A DNA stretch of 64,000 bases from Octopus sinensis (taxonomy: Eukaryota). A model generated the notes under the pieces. The model saw only the letters and a list, made by a program, of their open reading frames with translations. It did no database searches and was not told where the DNA came from. Positions within the stretch are counted from its first letter, which is position 1; each line of letters starts with the position of its first letter. The translations under genes were made by a program, and so were the position numbers. This document shows positions 63,282-64,000 of this stretch, piece after piece. Where the stretch lies: NCBI RefSeq assembly GCF_006345805.1, contig NC_042998.1, positions 24,986,001 to 25,050,000 of the forward strand, written 5' to 3'.

Positions 63282-63347
63282 CATGCATGCATACATACAT
63301 ACATACATACATACATACATACATACATACATACATACATACATACA

Positions 63348-63405
<58 letters not shown>

Positions 63406-63520
63406 TATTATATATATATAGAGAGAAAGACAGAGACAGAAAGAAATACACACACACACACATAAATAAATACATATGCATATACATATTCACATATTCA
63501 TATAAATATGTATGTATAGT
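63215..63520. repeat. (TA)n/(TACA)n microsatellite
   Basis: Directly visible. Confidence 0.9.
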
Positions 63521-63874
63521 GTATCTATGTATACACTTCTGAAAGGGAGAGAAACATAACAAACACATACATACACAGACAATTAAAACATGTGTAAACA
63601 AACTAGTTGCTGTCTAAATGTTCAAGTTAAAACCAAATAAATTTAATTAAAATTTTTGTTTGGCTGGTAGCCCCATTTTTTAAATTTCATCTTTCTGTGC
63701 AGCGGTTTAGTTTGTCTGTTCTCTGCTGTTCCTATACTGTTCACTATTTCCTATATGTACAAATATGTATGTATGTATATGCAAGTGAAGGATTGTGTAT
63801 GCGTGTTAGCAAGATTAAAGAATGTTTCTTAGGAGCAACATTTATCAATCAATGAATTTTATGGATATATATCA

Positions 63875-63960
63875 CCCTTTAGTTACTGTAATTATTTTGA
63901 GATGCTCTGTGTTTTATCTCAATTATTTTAGATATAACAAAGAATTTAATAAAATATTGT
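63875..63960 (+). mobile_element. Partial piggyBac-type MITE (left-monomer type)
   Basis: CCCTTTAGTTACTGTAATTATTTTGAGATGCTC; interrupted by GC-rich sequence at 63961. Confidence 0.65.
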
Positions 63961-64000
63961 TACGGAATCCCCCGTCGTCGCCCGCCCGAATGGCACAAAT

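Noticed and set aside
63961-64000. GC-rich 40 bp at the window edge interrupting a MITE
   Set aside because: Too short to classify; continues beyond the window

Overview
AT-rich eukaryotic (animal) DNA made almost entirely of transposable elements and microsatellites. I found no supportable host-gene exon, true tRNA/rRNA gene or CRISPR array. The SINE and LINE repertoire matches what I recall of octopod cephalopods; that assignment is inference. Retroelements: three abundant tRNA-headed SINE groups (CORE-like, Nin/Deu-domain, V-domain-like); a 5'-truncated RTE LINE (57.9-61.3 kb) plus many 3'UTR-only copies; a CR1 LINE; an R4-type 3' end; Penelope-like (PLE) RT/GIY-YIG relics; and one intact 395-aa ORF1-like gene in a 2-kb ORF2-less retroelement. 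DNA transposons: Tc1/mariner, piggyBac-type and hAT remnants. The main signal is a dense set of minimal type-I hammerhead ribozyme (HHR) motifs, read by eye. They occur in a 488-bp tandem array with a fold-back inversion, in an unrelated 535-bp direct-repeat unit, in a tRNA-headed SINE-like family with PLE-type inverted tails, and as solitary motifs. Together they suggest several non-coding, ribozyme-processed, probably PLE-mobilised elements. All alignments, translations and folds were done manually; SINE and fragment edges are approximate (about +/-10-20 bp).
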